DNA of 45,822 nucleotides from Candidatus Hermodarchaeum yapensis (lineage in GTDB: Archaea; Asgardarchaeota; Hermodarchaeia; Hermodarchaeales; Hermodarchaeaceae). The first letter of the stretch is position 1. The number at the start of each line of letters is the position of its first letter. Positions 27,217-37,200 of this stretch are shown here, in pieces. The DNA is taken from NCBI GenBank assembly GCA_016840405.1, contig JAEOSK010000022.1, positions 1-45,822 on the forward strand, read 5' to 3'. Made by a program: the position numbers and the translations under genes. Below the pieces are notes generated by a model. It made no database searches. It saw nothing but the letters and a program-made list of their open reading frames with translations, and had not been told where the DNA came from.

Positions 27217-27741
27217 TCATTTTTTCAGGATGCGAGGTGTCTTCCATTCATCTCGTAAGATGCTGTAAAGAACGCCATCCCGCCACTCTCCCCGAATAAA
27301 CACGGATTTTCGAATTACACCCTCTTTCGTAAACCCCGCTTTTTCTAACACACGTTGTGATGCTCTATTCGCTGGATTCGTTTCAGCCTGAACACGAACC
27401 ACATTTGCTGACAGGAACAAATAATCTACCAACAATTGTACGGCTTCCGTACAATAGCCCTTATTCCGCTCCGCTGGTAGCACCCGATAACCAATCGTGT
27501 AGTGTTTATTCACAGCTTTTTGCATAATATGACCAATTTTTGTGCCATCTTTCTTCTCAATCATAAACCACTTTTCGCCAGACGGCAGCTGGTCCAACCA
27601 ACGCTCAATCTCACCAAGGGTGACTTGTTCCAGCGGTTCATATTCTCCACCAAACTCTGGATTATTCGCCCATTCCACAACAAGTGGTAAATCGGCTTTT
27701 TCCATGACCCTCAGATTCACCGTCTTACCTTCAAGCATCAT
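27217..27741 (-). CDS. RimJ/RimL-type GNAT acetyltransferase
   Basis: IGY...RNKGYCTEA, NRASQRVLEKAGFTKEG, YSILRDEW. Confidence 0.9.
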   Translation of the reverse strand: MMLEGKTVNLRVMEKADLPLVVEWANNPEFGGEYEPLEQVTLGEIERWLDQLPSGEKWFMIEKKDGTKIGHIMQKAVNKHYTIGYRVLPAERNKGYCTEAVQLLVDYLFLSANVVRVQAETNPANRASQRVLEKAGFTKEGVIRKSVFIRGEWRDGVLYSILRDEWKTPRILKK

Positions 27742-27956
27742 AACACACGCAAACGTAGTTACTAATTCACCAACTGATAAGTAGCTCCTTAAAACTCCTC
27801 ATCTTCTCATGAATCTAATCGAGTGGCATCTCACACAATTGCATCCGACATAAATCCGAACTGGTTGCGATTTCAACAAATAAAACCCAAAAAAAGTCTG
27901 CTCCTGCCAGCCTATAAAATTGACAACCGATCTTAATAATAGGGACTGGTGATTGC

Positions 27957-28445
27957 TTGGGAGAAGACAATGACCTGTTCCAGCGATCAATAGCTGCTTT
28001 CGCCGGAGGCTACCCTGAACGGGCGAAAAAACGACTTTTAAAACTCCTCAAAAAAGATCAAAACAACCTCGAACTCCTTACACTTCTCACCACTATCGAG
28101 CAACAGTATAACTCTCCTCAAAAAGCTCTTAATACAGCCCAACGCATCGCCCAACTCGACCCCAACAATCCCCAACATTGGAACAATCTTGGCAACCTCC
28201 ACATCGCCCTCAGACAATGGCAAAAAGCCGAGCAATGTTACGCAACGGCTGCCACACTCGATAATGCCCCACCGACCATCTTTTTGAATCATGCACGGGT
28301 ACTCATCGAACTGGACAGACCTCAGGCAGCATTCCTTCAACTGAAGCACGCTCTCAAAAAGTCTCTTCCCGGCGAACTAGAAAACAACATCCAAAAGGAC
28401 CCAGAATTTGTCAAACTCCGTCCACTCCTAGCAAAGCTCGAATAA
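27957..28445 (+). CDS. Tetratricopeptide repeat protein
   Basis: LDPNNPQHWNNLGNLH...AEQCY, C-terminal DPEFVKLR. Confidence 0.82.
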   Translation: MGEDNDLFQRSIAAFAGGYPERAKKRLLKLLKKDQNNLELLTLLTTIEQQYNSPQKALNTAQRIAQLDPNNPQHWNNLGNLHIALRQWQKAEQCYATAATLDNAPPTIFLNHARVLIELDRPQAAFLQLKHALKKSLPGELENNIQKDPEFVKLRPLLAKLE

Positions 28446-28519
28446 AATAACTCATTATCGCTGCTTTTGTTCACCTTACACTTACGCTTTTTTACGCAGC
28501 TTGCTCAAGTTCAACTTAG

Positions 28520-28575
28520 GTTATTGAAAATAGTACATAACAACTATTTCCATTGAATTCTGTTACCATTTTGCA
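28520..28575 (-). mobile_element. Right end / omegaRNA 3' region of the tnpB element
   Basis: Minus-strand hairpin TGGAAATAGT/ACTATTTTCA followed by ATAAC; end at TCAA (28524) or TAAC (28520). Confidence 0.55.
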
Positions 28576-29757
28576 TCAAACGGTCACCGAATCTGGGTGT
28601 AACCCCACACCCTCTATCCCGTCCACCGCAAAGGCTTCCGGGACTGCTTTGCGCCCGATATTATAACCTGCATTCACATCTGCGTTCAGGACCACTCCAG
28701 TTGATGATCGAAACAGTCCTCGGTGTATTCGCTGACCCACATAAGTTTCGTTCTGTGTGATCGGTTCATCGTCAAGGAAGCTCACCTTGGAAGTATAGGC
28801 TTCGTCTATCAAACTCACTTCGATTCCTACCAAGGCCGCCTTGTATTGTATTTGTAGGACCAGCTTCCTGAAGGGCACGTTAACAAAAGCCTGGTTCGTG
28901 CGCTTTCCCAATCTGATGAACTGCTTCCACGTCTTGTTATATCCAATCACAATCCGTCCGAAATCATTGGAAATACAATACTCAATGAGGCGTCGTGACA
29001 CCTTGTGAAAGATATCGGTAATTCTGTTTTTTCGTTTTAATCGGAGTCGATGAAGGCGTCGCGTTTGGTTTGTAAGTCCTTGTTGATCCTTACAAGAAGT
29101 AAGGCGTGCTTGTTCTTTGTTATAGTATTGATTGATGGATTTGACAACTCCGCCTTTCACGCGCCAGGGGGCTAGCCCTGCGTTGTTGACAACAGTTACG
29201 AGGTTATTCAATCCAATATCAATACCGATGACACGACGTTTGTCTAATTGAAGAGCAATGGGGGTCTTATCATACACAAGTTCTAAGATGTAGTGATTAC
29301 CCCGGGGTAATATCCTGACCTGATGGAATCTTCCAGTGATGCGCGTCTTGATGGGGTCCAGCTGAGTTTTTTTAGGAAACCACAGGAGCCCGTTTTTGAT
29401 ACGGCACTGCTGGTTTGTGAATATAACGATGCTCTCCCCTGCCTTCGGTTTATATCGAGGTAACCTTGGTTTCTCAAGGTACTTGTTCGGGTGGTCTCTC
29501 CAGTCTTTAATTGCGTTGAAGAAGGATTTCTAGTTCTTGTCAAGTAGTAGGAGAATCTGCTGGGCTGTCTGTGCTGGCAGGTTCCTGTAAGCCCCAGTGT
29601 TTTTCAGGAGCCAGTACAAATTCCTGTATCGTATCCAGTGTCCTTCGTTGATGAACTTCTGTCGAATGTGGTAGTTGGCTAGGTTGTAGAGATTTTTGGC
29701 TAAATGGCAGAGCTTCGATAGCGCCGATGTTTTTTCCAGCTGGATCCTCTCAGTCAT
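28576..29757 (-). pseudogene. tnpB: IS200/IS605 (IS1341-type) TnpB RNA-guided nuclease, 393 codons, one in-frame TAG at codon 76
   Basis: The ORF-track pieces 29530-29757 and 28576-29277 share a frame. Read-through gives ...LLDKN*KSFFNAIKDW...PRLPRYK...GIDIGLNN...IVIGYN...IDEAYTS...NADVNAGYNI. No tnpA nearby. Confidence 0.92.
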
Positions 29758-29991
29758 CCGCGTGGTTTCTCACCTGCGTGGTTAACTGTCTGAAAAGTAG
29801 GTTTTCGTTTCGGCTGTTTAGTTTCATTGAGTTGGAGTGATGTGAAGAGGCGCCCACTACGCTTTTAATAAAACCTCTTGCTTTCATTAGATAATAACTG
29901 TCAAAGAAATTATTTAAGGTCCAAAATTTTGAGTCTATATCACCCTAGTTTGCTTCTCCAACGTGAAAATACCAGTTGGAGGTGAGTCAAC

Positions 29992-31272
29992 ATGGAGCTA
30001 TGGCTGCTGATTCTACTAATCTTCCTTCTGACTGTCCTATTAATTGTAACACGTATGGTCCACCATACAGTAGCCGCCCTGATGGGCGCCGTGTTGGCAT
30101 CAATCGCACTCATCATCCACGGCATACCTGGAGAAGACGTATTGGCGATGGTGCGTTTAGAACCAATTCTTGTTATCACTGGAATGACAGTAGTGGCTGA
30201 AGTCATGCGAGGGGCAGGAGTATTTCAGTTCGTCGCAGTCCATGTCATCCGGTTGACTCGAGGGAATCCCCAAAAACTGTTCGTGTTATTTTGCGTACTT
30301 ACCGCCAGCTTATCAGCGGTCCTCCTGAACACAGTTGTAATGGTGATAATGGCATACCTGACCATTCTAACCTGCCAGGCCCTCAAACTACCACCCCATA
30401 AGTTTCTACTAGGAGAGATGCTAGCCGTTGGCGTAGGTGGGGCCTTCACTTTAATCGGCACCTCGTCTAACGTCATTGTGGCAGATTACGCAGGCTTCGA
30501 TTTTGCCTACTACATCATACGATTTGGACTTCTGGCTTTGTTCGTATTGGCAGTAACCTTACTCGTCTTATTTTTGATTTTTCGTAGCCAATTGAAAACA
30601 TATGATGCTGCAGCATATGAACGAGTCATAGATTTTGATCCGTGGACGATGGTTCCCAATCGACGGTTGTTTTGGGTATATTCAGGACTCTTCGTCTTAG
30701 TCATCATAGCATTTGCCGCATTTCCCCAAGCCTACGTTGTTGCCCTAGCCGGAATGATGGTGTTCATGATTGCTAGTCAAGCCGATCCCCGGACAAGTTT
30801 CCGTGACATAGAATGGGACATCATCTTCTTCATAGGCGGGCTTTTCATTCTCGCCGGAGCCCTACAACTTGTCGGGGTTCTCACAGTGTTATCACAAGTA
30901 ATCTTGCAGGCAAGTGGAGGTCAACTGGTGCCAACGTCTTTAATGATGCTGTGGGCAACATGGCTAGGAACCCTAATTATTGGTGGCTCGCCCATGGCAA
31001 CTACTTTCGCACCACTCGTTTCTGAAATGGCCGTTACAATGGGGTGGACAGCGGGCATACAGGATCCCCTGTTCTGGGCTGTAGGGTTTGGATCAGCCCT
31101 TGGCGGGATCGCCACACCCTTCGGTGCCGTACCGCTAATCGTGTTTTCAACACTAAGCTTCAAGGACTCAAAGCTCTCATACCGATTATTTCTCACAATT
31201 GCGCTGCTAATTAACATCCTCATGATTGGATTATGCTCCGCCTATATCCTGCTCCTCGCTCCTCCTGTATGA
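29992..31272 (+). CDS. ArsB/NhaD/CitMHS (SLC13-like) anion permease
   Basis: SAVLLNTV, GGAFTLIGTSSNVIV, IEWDIIFFIGGLF, ALGGIATPFGA; GGAGGTGA RBS. Confidence 0.88.
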   Translation: MELWLLILLIFLLTVLLIVTRMVHHTVAALMGAVLASIALIIHGIPGEDVLAMVRLEPILVITGMTVVAEVMRGAGVFQFVAVHVIRLTRGNPQKLFVLFCVLTASLSAVLLNTVVMVIMAYLTILTCQALKLPPHKFLLGEMLAVGVGGAFTLIGTSSNVIVADYAGFDFAYYIIRFGLLALFVLAVTLLVLFLIFRSQLKTYDAAAYERVIDFDPWTMVPNRRLFWVYSGLFVLVIIAFAAFPQAYVVALAGMMVFMIASQADPRTSFRDIEWDIIFFIGGLFILAGALQLVGVLTVLSQVILQASGGQLVPTSLMMLWATWLGTLIIGGSPMATTFAPLVSEMAVTMGWTAGIQDPLFWAVGFGSALGGIATPFGAVPLIVFSTLSFKDSKLSYRLFLTIALLINILMIGLCSAYILLLAPPV

Positions 31273-31554
31273 AAACGAAGAACCAAAAAGTATCATATAG
31301 GAAAAGCTTTAAACCAGTAAGAGCTTCTCAAAGTCAGTTAGCAAATAGTATTTAATTTCTTTTTTTTATTTAGAAGAAATCTAAAATTATCATGCTACCG
31401 TACGGTTGCGTGACACAACCACCCTTCCTCGGAAGGCAACTGGATCTCCAGCCAGGGTACCGGCATCTGCAAGTAATCTGCACCATTAGATACGCCAATT
31501 CACAACTGGCTCACCGGATGTCACACTCCACCAAAACGAATCTAGGTGAACACT

Positions 31555-31752
31555 ATGGAAAAAGGAACCATCAAGTGGTTTAACCCCGAATCAAACTACG
31601 GCTTCATCCAACGCGACAACGGTGACGCCGACGTCTGGGTCCACGGCGACGAAGTTGAAGCCAATAAATTCCTCAACAAAGGCGACAACGTCACCTTCGA
31701 AATCAAAGAAGGCGAAGGTCGCCCCAAAGCCACCAAAGTCAAAATAGCCTAA
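31555..31752 (+). CDS. csp: Cold-shock domain protein
   Basis: GTIKWFN, RNP1 YGFI, RNP2 VWVH, GDNVTFEI...GRPKA; AGGTGA RBS. Confidence 0.93.
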   Translation: MEKGTIKWFNPESNYGFIQRDNGDADVWVHGDEVEANKFLNKGDNVTFEIKEGEGRPKATKVKIA

Positions 31753-31928
31753 ATCGCATTGAAATTGGCACAATTTAGCCAGAAAAGGCGTGTTCTTGTT
31801 TTTAGATAAAATCTTGGGACACTGCTCTCAAAGTATAACGCGCGGCGATTACAGTACGTGTGGTAAGAATGCAGCCTTTTGTGAGCGGTTTGTTTTGAAA
31901 AGTGGGAATTTATTTGTTCTACCAAACT

Positions 31929-33035
31929 TCACTCGAATTTCACTTGGCCACCTTGTCTTTTCTTGTTCAAGATGGTATCGTAAAGTTCTTCGAGGGTTTT
32001 GGGAGGAATGTGCTCTTCTCCCTTTTGCTGTAAGGTAATCGCTGCAGATGGACAATTAACAGCACAAACTCCACAACCGATGCACCGGTCGAGATTCAAC
32101 TGTGATTTTTCCTCAACGAGCGTAATCGCATCCATTTGACATTTGTCCACACACGTTCCACACCCAGTACACAATTCGGGATCAATCTCAACATAGAAAT
32201 TTGAGGAATGATATCTCACAGGGTGTCGGGACATTTTCGTTCCCAACAGTAAGGCACAACAACAACCACAGCAACTACAAATGTATTCTACGGCTTGGCT
32301 GTTACTTGGCTGAAGGATTAGTCCATCCTTTGCGTTTTGCTCAATAATCCCTAGAAGCTCCTCCTTCGAAATTTGGCGCCCCCACCCCTCATCAATATAC
32401 AATTGCGCAAACTCTCCAAACCCTAAGCATGTCTCCCGGCGTGAAGTTGCCCGACAAGGATTACCAAGGAGGTCCTGCGCTTGTCGACACACACAATCCG
32501 CCACTGCAAAAGGTCCCTCAGCTGCGTCAACGAGTTTTTTCACATGATCATAGTTTGCGACCAAATGTTCAGGGGTGAAACTCTGCTCAACAGGAATCGT
32601 ACGCAACTGCGGAATCTTCGTGCTAAATGTTTCCCCTCCGTACGCCTCCAAACTGAACTGCACAATATCAAAAAACAACTCCCTCGTGAGCTTGTTCACC
32701 TGAAACTCGTAAATTCCAATCATCCACTGAATGCTGCTATAGAATTTCATGTTCTCTTCCCGTTTGAAATGAAGGAGTCCCTTACTCACCATCCCATCTA
32801 AAATCTGCTCTAACTGGTTCTTTGCATTCCCCGACATCCCAAGCCGGTCCGCAATGCTATCAAGGCTTTCCGAAGCCTTTGGAGAAAATGGCAGCTGCAC
32901 AGCAATCTTTGCTTCTTCAGGGCTGAAAAGCTGTTTTAGAATTCGAATCTCCACACCCGAAGCCGTTTCCGGGAAGCCCACCGGCATACTATCCAAGTGC
33001 CTCTGTAATTCACGATACACCTTATCATCAGACAT
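31929..33035 (-). CDS. 4Fe-4S dicluster domain protein with N-terminal wHTH-like region
   Basis: CVCR, ICSCCGCCC, CTGCGTCVDKC, CIGCGVCAVNCP. Confidence 0.88.
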   Translation of the reverse strand: MSDDKVYRELQRHLDSMPVGFPETASGVEIRILKQLFSPEEAKIAVQLPFSPKASESLDSIADRLGMSGNAKNQLEQILDGMVSKGLLHFKREENMKFYSSIQWMIGIYEFQVNKLTRELFFDIVQFSLEAYGGETFSTKIPQLRTIPVEQSFTPEHLVANYDHVKKLVDAAEGPFAVADCVCRQAQDLLGNPCRATSRRETCLGFGEFAQLYIDEGWGRQISKEELLGIIEQNAKDGLILQPSNSQAVEYICSCCGCCCALLLGTKMSRHPVRYHSSNFYVEIDPELCTGCGTCVDKCQMDAITLVEEKSQLNLDRCIGCGVCAVNCPSAAITLQQKGEEHIPPKTLEELYDTILNKKRQGGQVKFE

Positions 33036-33154
33036 AATCCTACACCGTATTATTCATTTTTATTAACATTCACCCTCAACACACAATTGCTGGAAGAGGT
33101 GGTTTCCTCAATGAGTAAAATCATATGTGGGAATCATAAAATTTATAAGGCTGT

Positions 33155-33191
33155 GTTTCAAATTAGTTTGCAGGACAAACCAGTTTGAAAC
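33155..33191. promoter_or_regulatory. 37-bp imperfect palindrome just downstream of a TATA box; probable repressor operator
   Basis: GTTTCAAATTAGTTTG-CAGGA-CAAACCAGTTTGAAAC (14/16 arm match); TTTATAA at 33142-33148. Confidence 0.7.
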
Positions 33192-33213
33192 TGGAATTCC
33201 GAGATGAATAACA

Positions 33214-33897
33214 ATGTCAACTTCAACGGAATTAGACGCAATCGCCCTCAAAGTCCAACAAGCCTACTATGAAGACGGACTGGCTGACCTCTTCATGGGC
33301 GTCATTTTCCTAGGCTTAGCATCTGTTTTCACCATGCTTGCTTACAACATCACATTCTTGGTATTTATGTTAATCATGTTAAATCCGCTATTTTATGACC
33401 CCCTCATCGAGGCAGCAAAACGACGGTGGGTCTATCCCCGCGCAGGATATGTAAAACCCAAGCCTTTCAAAGAGACGAGTACACGTGGAGTGCTTCTCAT
33501 CTTAGTTCTCATAGCGAGTATAGTGATTCTCCCTCCCGTAGTCCTTTTCATCATCTCCGGTTATGCTGGACTTTTCTTCTGGTTGATTTGGATAGCACCC
33601 GTCGGGTTTGGCTTGTTGATCGCCATTGGACTCTTTTTCCTCGCTCATAGATATCACCTCACCCGATACTATCTCTTTGCTATCCTCCTCCCCGTTATCG
33701 GTGTCATCGTTCCCTGGTTGAACCTCAGTGTTCCCAACGCATACGCGGCGTTTTTCACTACTTTTGCAATCCAAAATGCTATTATCGGTCTCCTCGCCCT
33801 CTTTTCCGGTACAGTTCTCTTTCTCCGATTTCTGCACCGCTATCACGTTGAACCCACAGATCCCGCTGAAGGTGAGAATCCACATGCCCGCGTCTGA
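33214..33897 (+). CDS. Six-TM membrane protein co-transcribed with a wHTH regulator
   Basis: YYEDGLADL and YPRAGYVK motifs; overlaps the next gene. Confidence 0.8.
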   Translation: MSTSTELDAIALKVQQAYYEDGLADLFMGVIFLGLASVFTMLAYNITFLVFMLIMLNPLFYDPLIEAAKRRWVYPRAGYVKPKPFKETSTRGVLLILVLIASIVILPPVVLFIISGYAGLFFWLIWIAPVGFGLLIAIGLFFLAHRYHLTRYYLFAILLPVIGVIVPWLNLSVPNAYAAFFTTFAIQNAIIGLLALFSGTVLFLRFLHRYHVEPTDPAEGENPHARV

Positions 33898-34210
33898 ATT
33901 TCCTACGGATCCCTCCTTCATCGACGACGACTTAGATCCTATTGTCCATTCGCCGGCGCGGCTCAAAATCCTAACAGTTCTCAAAGAAGTGGAAAGCGCA
34001 GATTTCCTCTTCATATTACGCCAAACCGGCTTAACGAGAGGTAACCTCTCCTCCCACCTCAGCAAACTTGAGACCGTCGGTTACGTCACAATTACCAAAG
34101 AATTTGTCGAAAAAATTCCCCACACTCTCATCCAACTCACAGAAGACGGAAAGAAAGCACTACAAACCTATCGCCAGCAAATGATACAAAAACTCGACCG
34201 CCTAAAATAA
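33884..34210 (+). CDS. Winged-helix transcriptional regulator (HTH_34/ArsR-like)
   Basis: LDPIVHSPARLKIL...GLTRGNLSSHLSKLE...LTEDGKKALQTY; GGTGA RBS. Confidence 0.9.
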   Translation: MPASEFPTDPSFIDDDLDPIVHSPARLKILTVLKEVESADFLFILRQTGLTRGNLSSHLSKLETVGYVTITKEFVEKIPHTLIQLTEDGKKALQTYRQQMIQKLDRLK

Positions 34211-34297
34211 CGTGAATGTTCAGGCAGTAGACCTTCTACTGACACGCACCGATTTACTATTTAAATATCTAAACACGCAATCACCAAAGCGAACCAG

Positions 34298-34801
34298 GTG
34301 GTGAGCAAGATGATGGAGATTACCTTGAGCGTTTTGTTTTGGGGCTACGTGATGGCCTATTGTGTACATGTAATCGAGGAAGTTGCAGTGGGTGAAGGGT
34401 TCATCGAGATGATGCGTAAGACCTTTTTTGCGGAGTTTTCGTGGCGGATGTTCTTTGGCTTCAATCTCATGATCTTTATAGTGTTTGTGATTGGCATCGT
34501 ACTGTTCGAGCTGTTTGGTGGTGTGTGGGTGATTTGGCCCTTGAGTTTTGCCTTTATGTTCGTGACGAACGGGCTCTGGCATCTAATTCAAACCATTGTG
34601 CTCCGCAAGTTTTCACCGGGTTTGATAACGAGCCCATTCTATTGGATTCTCATATACTTCATCACTCGCTATTTCCTGTTAACTGGTGAAATACTCCTGC
34701 TAAACTTTGTTCTCTCAGCGGTTTTTGGTACAGTCATAACCTTGGTGATGTTTGGTCTAGCCCTCTATGTCCGACGAAAAATGAAAAAAGATCAGGAATA
34801 A
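34298..34801 (+). CDS. HXXEE domain membrane protein
   Basis: HVIEE, NGLWH, SPGLITS. Confidence 0.85.
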   Translation: MVSKMMEITLSVLFWGYVMAYCVHVIEEVAVGEGFIEMMRKTFFAEFSWRMFFGFNLMIFIVFVIGIVLFELFGGVWVIWPLSFAFMFVTNGLWHLIQTIVLRKFSPGLITSPFYWILIYFITRYFLLTGEILLLNFVLSAVFGTVITLVMFGLALYVRRKMKKDQE

Positions 34802-34922
34802 TGCCCAGTTCATTTATACTCCTCATTAGGTCCTCTCTACAACATTTTGTCTTTTAGAAATCTAAAAGTAATCCCCGGCACTAGGTAATGTTTACGTGTT
34901 GTCAGTTTGAAGGTGAACATGT

Positions 34923-36389
34923 ATGACCCTAATGACAGGTGAAGAGTATCGTGCCAGTCTCCGTGACCGAAAACCCCTCAAAGTCTATTTCACTGGTGAG
35001 CTGCTCCAAGATCCACTTGACCATCCAATTATTCAGGCGTCAATCAATTCAATTGCCCTAACTTATGACCTGGCACACAATCCACAATTTCGGTCTATCA
35101 TGACAGCGACCTCATCGATAACTGGGGAGACCATTAACCGGTTTTGCTATTTACATCAGAGTACCGAAGATCTTGAGAAAAAGGTGCAAATGCTGCGCTT
35201 GCTTGGTCAACAATGTGGAACCTGTTTTCAACGCTGTGTCGGCATGGATGCCCTCAATGCGGTGTATCTGACGACCTACGATATTGACCAGAAACACAAG
35301 ACCAACTATCAACAACGATTCATCGAATACATGAAAGAGGTGGAAAAACACGACTGGGTCATTGATGGCTGTATGACCGACCCCAAAGGAGACCGAAGCA
35401 AACGTCCCTCTGAACAAAAAGATCCCGATGTGTTTGTGCACGTTGTCGAGCGCCGCGATGATGGCGTCGTCATTCGGGGGGCGAAAGCCCATCAAACGGG
35501 TGCAGTCAACTCCCATGAACACCTGCTCATGCCGACTTTAGCCATGCGGGATGCTGAAAAAGAATTCACCATTTGTTGCGCAGTTCCCGCCGACGCAGAG
35601 GGAATCACCTATTTTTATGGTAGACAGGCTAGCGATTTACGTCGGCTAGATCAGAGTGCTGAGGGTGATATTGATTGTGGAAACCCTGAGTTCGGGGGCC
35701 AAGAATGCCTGATAATCTTCGATAATGTATTCGTTCCCACTGAACGGATATTTATGAACGGAGAATCGGAATTTTGTAGTCAACTTGTGGAAAGCTTTGC
35801 AGCATATCATCGTCAGAGCTATGGAGGCTGTAAGGTGGGCGTCGGTGATGTATTGATCGGAGCCGCAGCGACCATCGCTGAATACAACGGGGTCCAAAAC
35901 GCTTCCCACATCAAAGACAAGCTCACCGAAATGGTACATTTGAATGAAACCCTTTACTCCTGTGGGCTAGCCTGCTCAAGCTGCGGGCAACAAACTGCAG
36001 CCGGCAATTATCTTGTCGACATCTTACTGGCTAATGTATGCAAACAGAACGTGACCCGGTTTCCATTCGAAATCGCTCGACTGCTACAAGATATCGCTGG
36101 CGGATTATTTGTCACCTGCCCCAGTGCCAAAGAATTAGAAAACCCCGAAACCCGCCAAATCATCGAAAAGTACCTGGTCGGAGCCGAAGGCGTCGATACC
36201 ATCGACCGGATGAAAATCCTCCGACTAATTGAAAACCTAACTCTAGGACGCGCCGCAGTTGGCTATTTAACCGAATCCATGCATGGTGCAGGTTCTCCAC
36301 AAGCTCAACGAATTATGATTGGAAGACTGGCAAATTTCGAAGAGAAAAAGAAGCTTGCCAAATCCCTTGCAAGAATTGAAGAAAAGTAA
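34923..36389 (+). CDS. abfD: 4-hydroxybutyryl-CoA dehydratase / vinylacetyl-CoA isomerase
   Basis: CGTCFQRCVGMD, MTDPKGDRS, HRQSYGGCKVG, ESMHGAGSPQAQ, including the Fe-S ligands that separate it from HpaB. Confidence 0.92.
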   Translation: MTLMTGEEYRASLRDRKPLKVYFTGELLQDPLDHPIIQASINSIALTYDLAHNPQFRSIMTATSSITGETINRFCYLHQSTEDLEKKVQMLRLLGQQCGTCFQRCVGMDALNAVYLTTYDIDQKHKTNYQQRFIEYMKEVEKHDWVIDGCMTDPKGDRSKRPSEQKDPDVFVHVVERRDDGVVIRGAKAHQTGAVNSHEHLLMPTLAMRDAEKEFTICCAVPADAEGITYFYGRQASDLRRLDQSAEGDIDCGNPEFGGQECLIIFDNVFVPTERIFMNGESEFCSQLVESFAAYHRQSYGGCKVGVGDVLIGAAATIAEYNGVQNASHIKDKLTEMVHLNETLYSCGLACSSCGQQTAAGNYLVDILLANVCKQNVTRFPFEIARLLQDIAGGLFVTCPSAKELENPETRQIIEKYLVGAEGVDTIDRMKILRLIENLTLGRAAVGYLTESMHGAGSPQAQRIMIGRLANFEEKKKLAKSLARIEEK

Positions 36390-36408
36390 GCATCCAAATT
36401 TGTGTATC

Positions 36409-37179
36409 CTATTGATGCTCCCAGTTTTTGTACCATCGACGGAGTACTTGAGGTTTTGCCTGTGGACTTAGGGGTTTCTGATAAGATATCGCGTCAGCGG
36501 CGGCAAGCACCTCTTTTTCGCTTTTTCCTTGAGAGATGCATTCCTGCATGGTGGCTTGGACTTTGAGCATGAACGCTAATCGGTCTTGGACGAAGGTTTT
36601 GGTCATTAACGGACCGTGCCCTGGGATAATGGTGTCAAGGTCGAGAGTGAGATATTCTTGAAGAGCACGAATCCATTGATGGAGACTACTCCCTTTACCA
36701 CCCCAGGGATAGCCGGGCATGAGATTGTCACCAGCCACCAGCACTCTCTCTTTAGAACAGAAGATGTAGCTAGAGTCATCAGTATGTCCGCCAGTGCGTC
36801 TAATGACAAGCCGAACGGTTCCCTCTTGGAGTTCCAACGAATCTTCAAAGAGCTTTGTGGGTGCTACGACGGGGAAACCAGGGAGAGTTTTACGTTTAGC
36901 GTCATGGAGATGCTTAGCTAGGCGGGTTGAGGCAATAATTGTGCAATCAGAGTAAAAGGGAAGGCTATGTGTATGATCGCTGTGAAAATGAGTGAGAATC
37001 ACAGTTTTCACTGGCTGGCTAGCAAGGCTTTCGATTTGGCGTCTCACTGCCTGCATTTCAATTGGCGGGCGTCGTGCGCCAGCATCAATCATAACGACTT
37101 GAGAAGGTAATATGAACGCGGTGGTATTGACGCCGTTAAACAAGGCATAGCAATTGTCAGTGATTTTTTCAAAGTCCAT
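36409..37179 (-). CDS. MBL-fold metallo-hydrolase
   Basis: THFHSDH, GGHT, AGDN, IPGHG. Confidence 0.88.
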   Translation of the reverse strand: MDFEKITDNCYALFNGVNTTAFILPSQVVMIDAGARRPPIEMQAVRRQIESLASQPVKTVILTHFHSDHTHSLPFYSDCTIIASTRLAKHLHDAKRKTLPGFPVVAPTKLFEDSLELQEGTVRLVIRRTGGHTDDSSYIFCSKERVLVAGDNLMPGYPWGGKGSSLHQWIRALQEYLTLDLDTIIPGHGPLMTKTFVQDRLAFMLKVQATMQECISQGKSEKEVLAAADAISYQKPLSPQAKPQVLRRWYKNWEHQ

Positions 37180-37200
37180 ATGTGCACAACACAACATGAG

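Noticed and set aside
28505-28514. TCAAGTTCAA shared between the putative orphan guide (13833-13842) and the tnpB flank
   Set aside because: Only 10 nt, not in the seed-proximal part of the guide, and no matching target motif; compatible with chance.
29296-29311. Palindrome ATTACCCCGGGGTAAT in tnpB nearly identical to the 23S palindrome at 1657-1673
   Set aside because: It encodes part of the ordinary TnpB segment ILPRGNHY; no mechanism links the two; treated as coincidence.
29283-29543. 86-aa ORF suggesting a frameshifted tnpB
   Set aside because: tnpB continues in one frame through a TAG; this ORF is a shadow frame.
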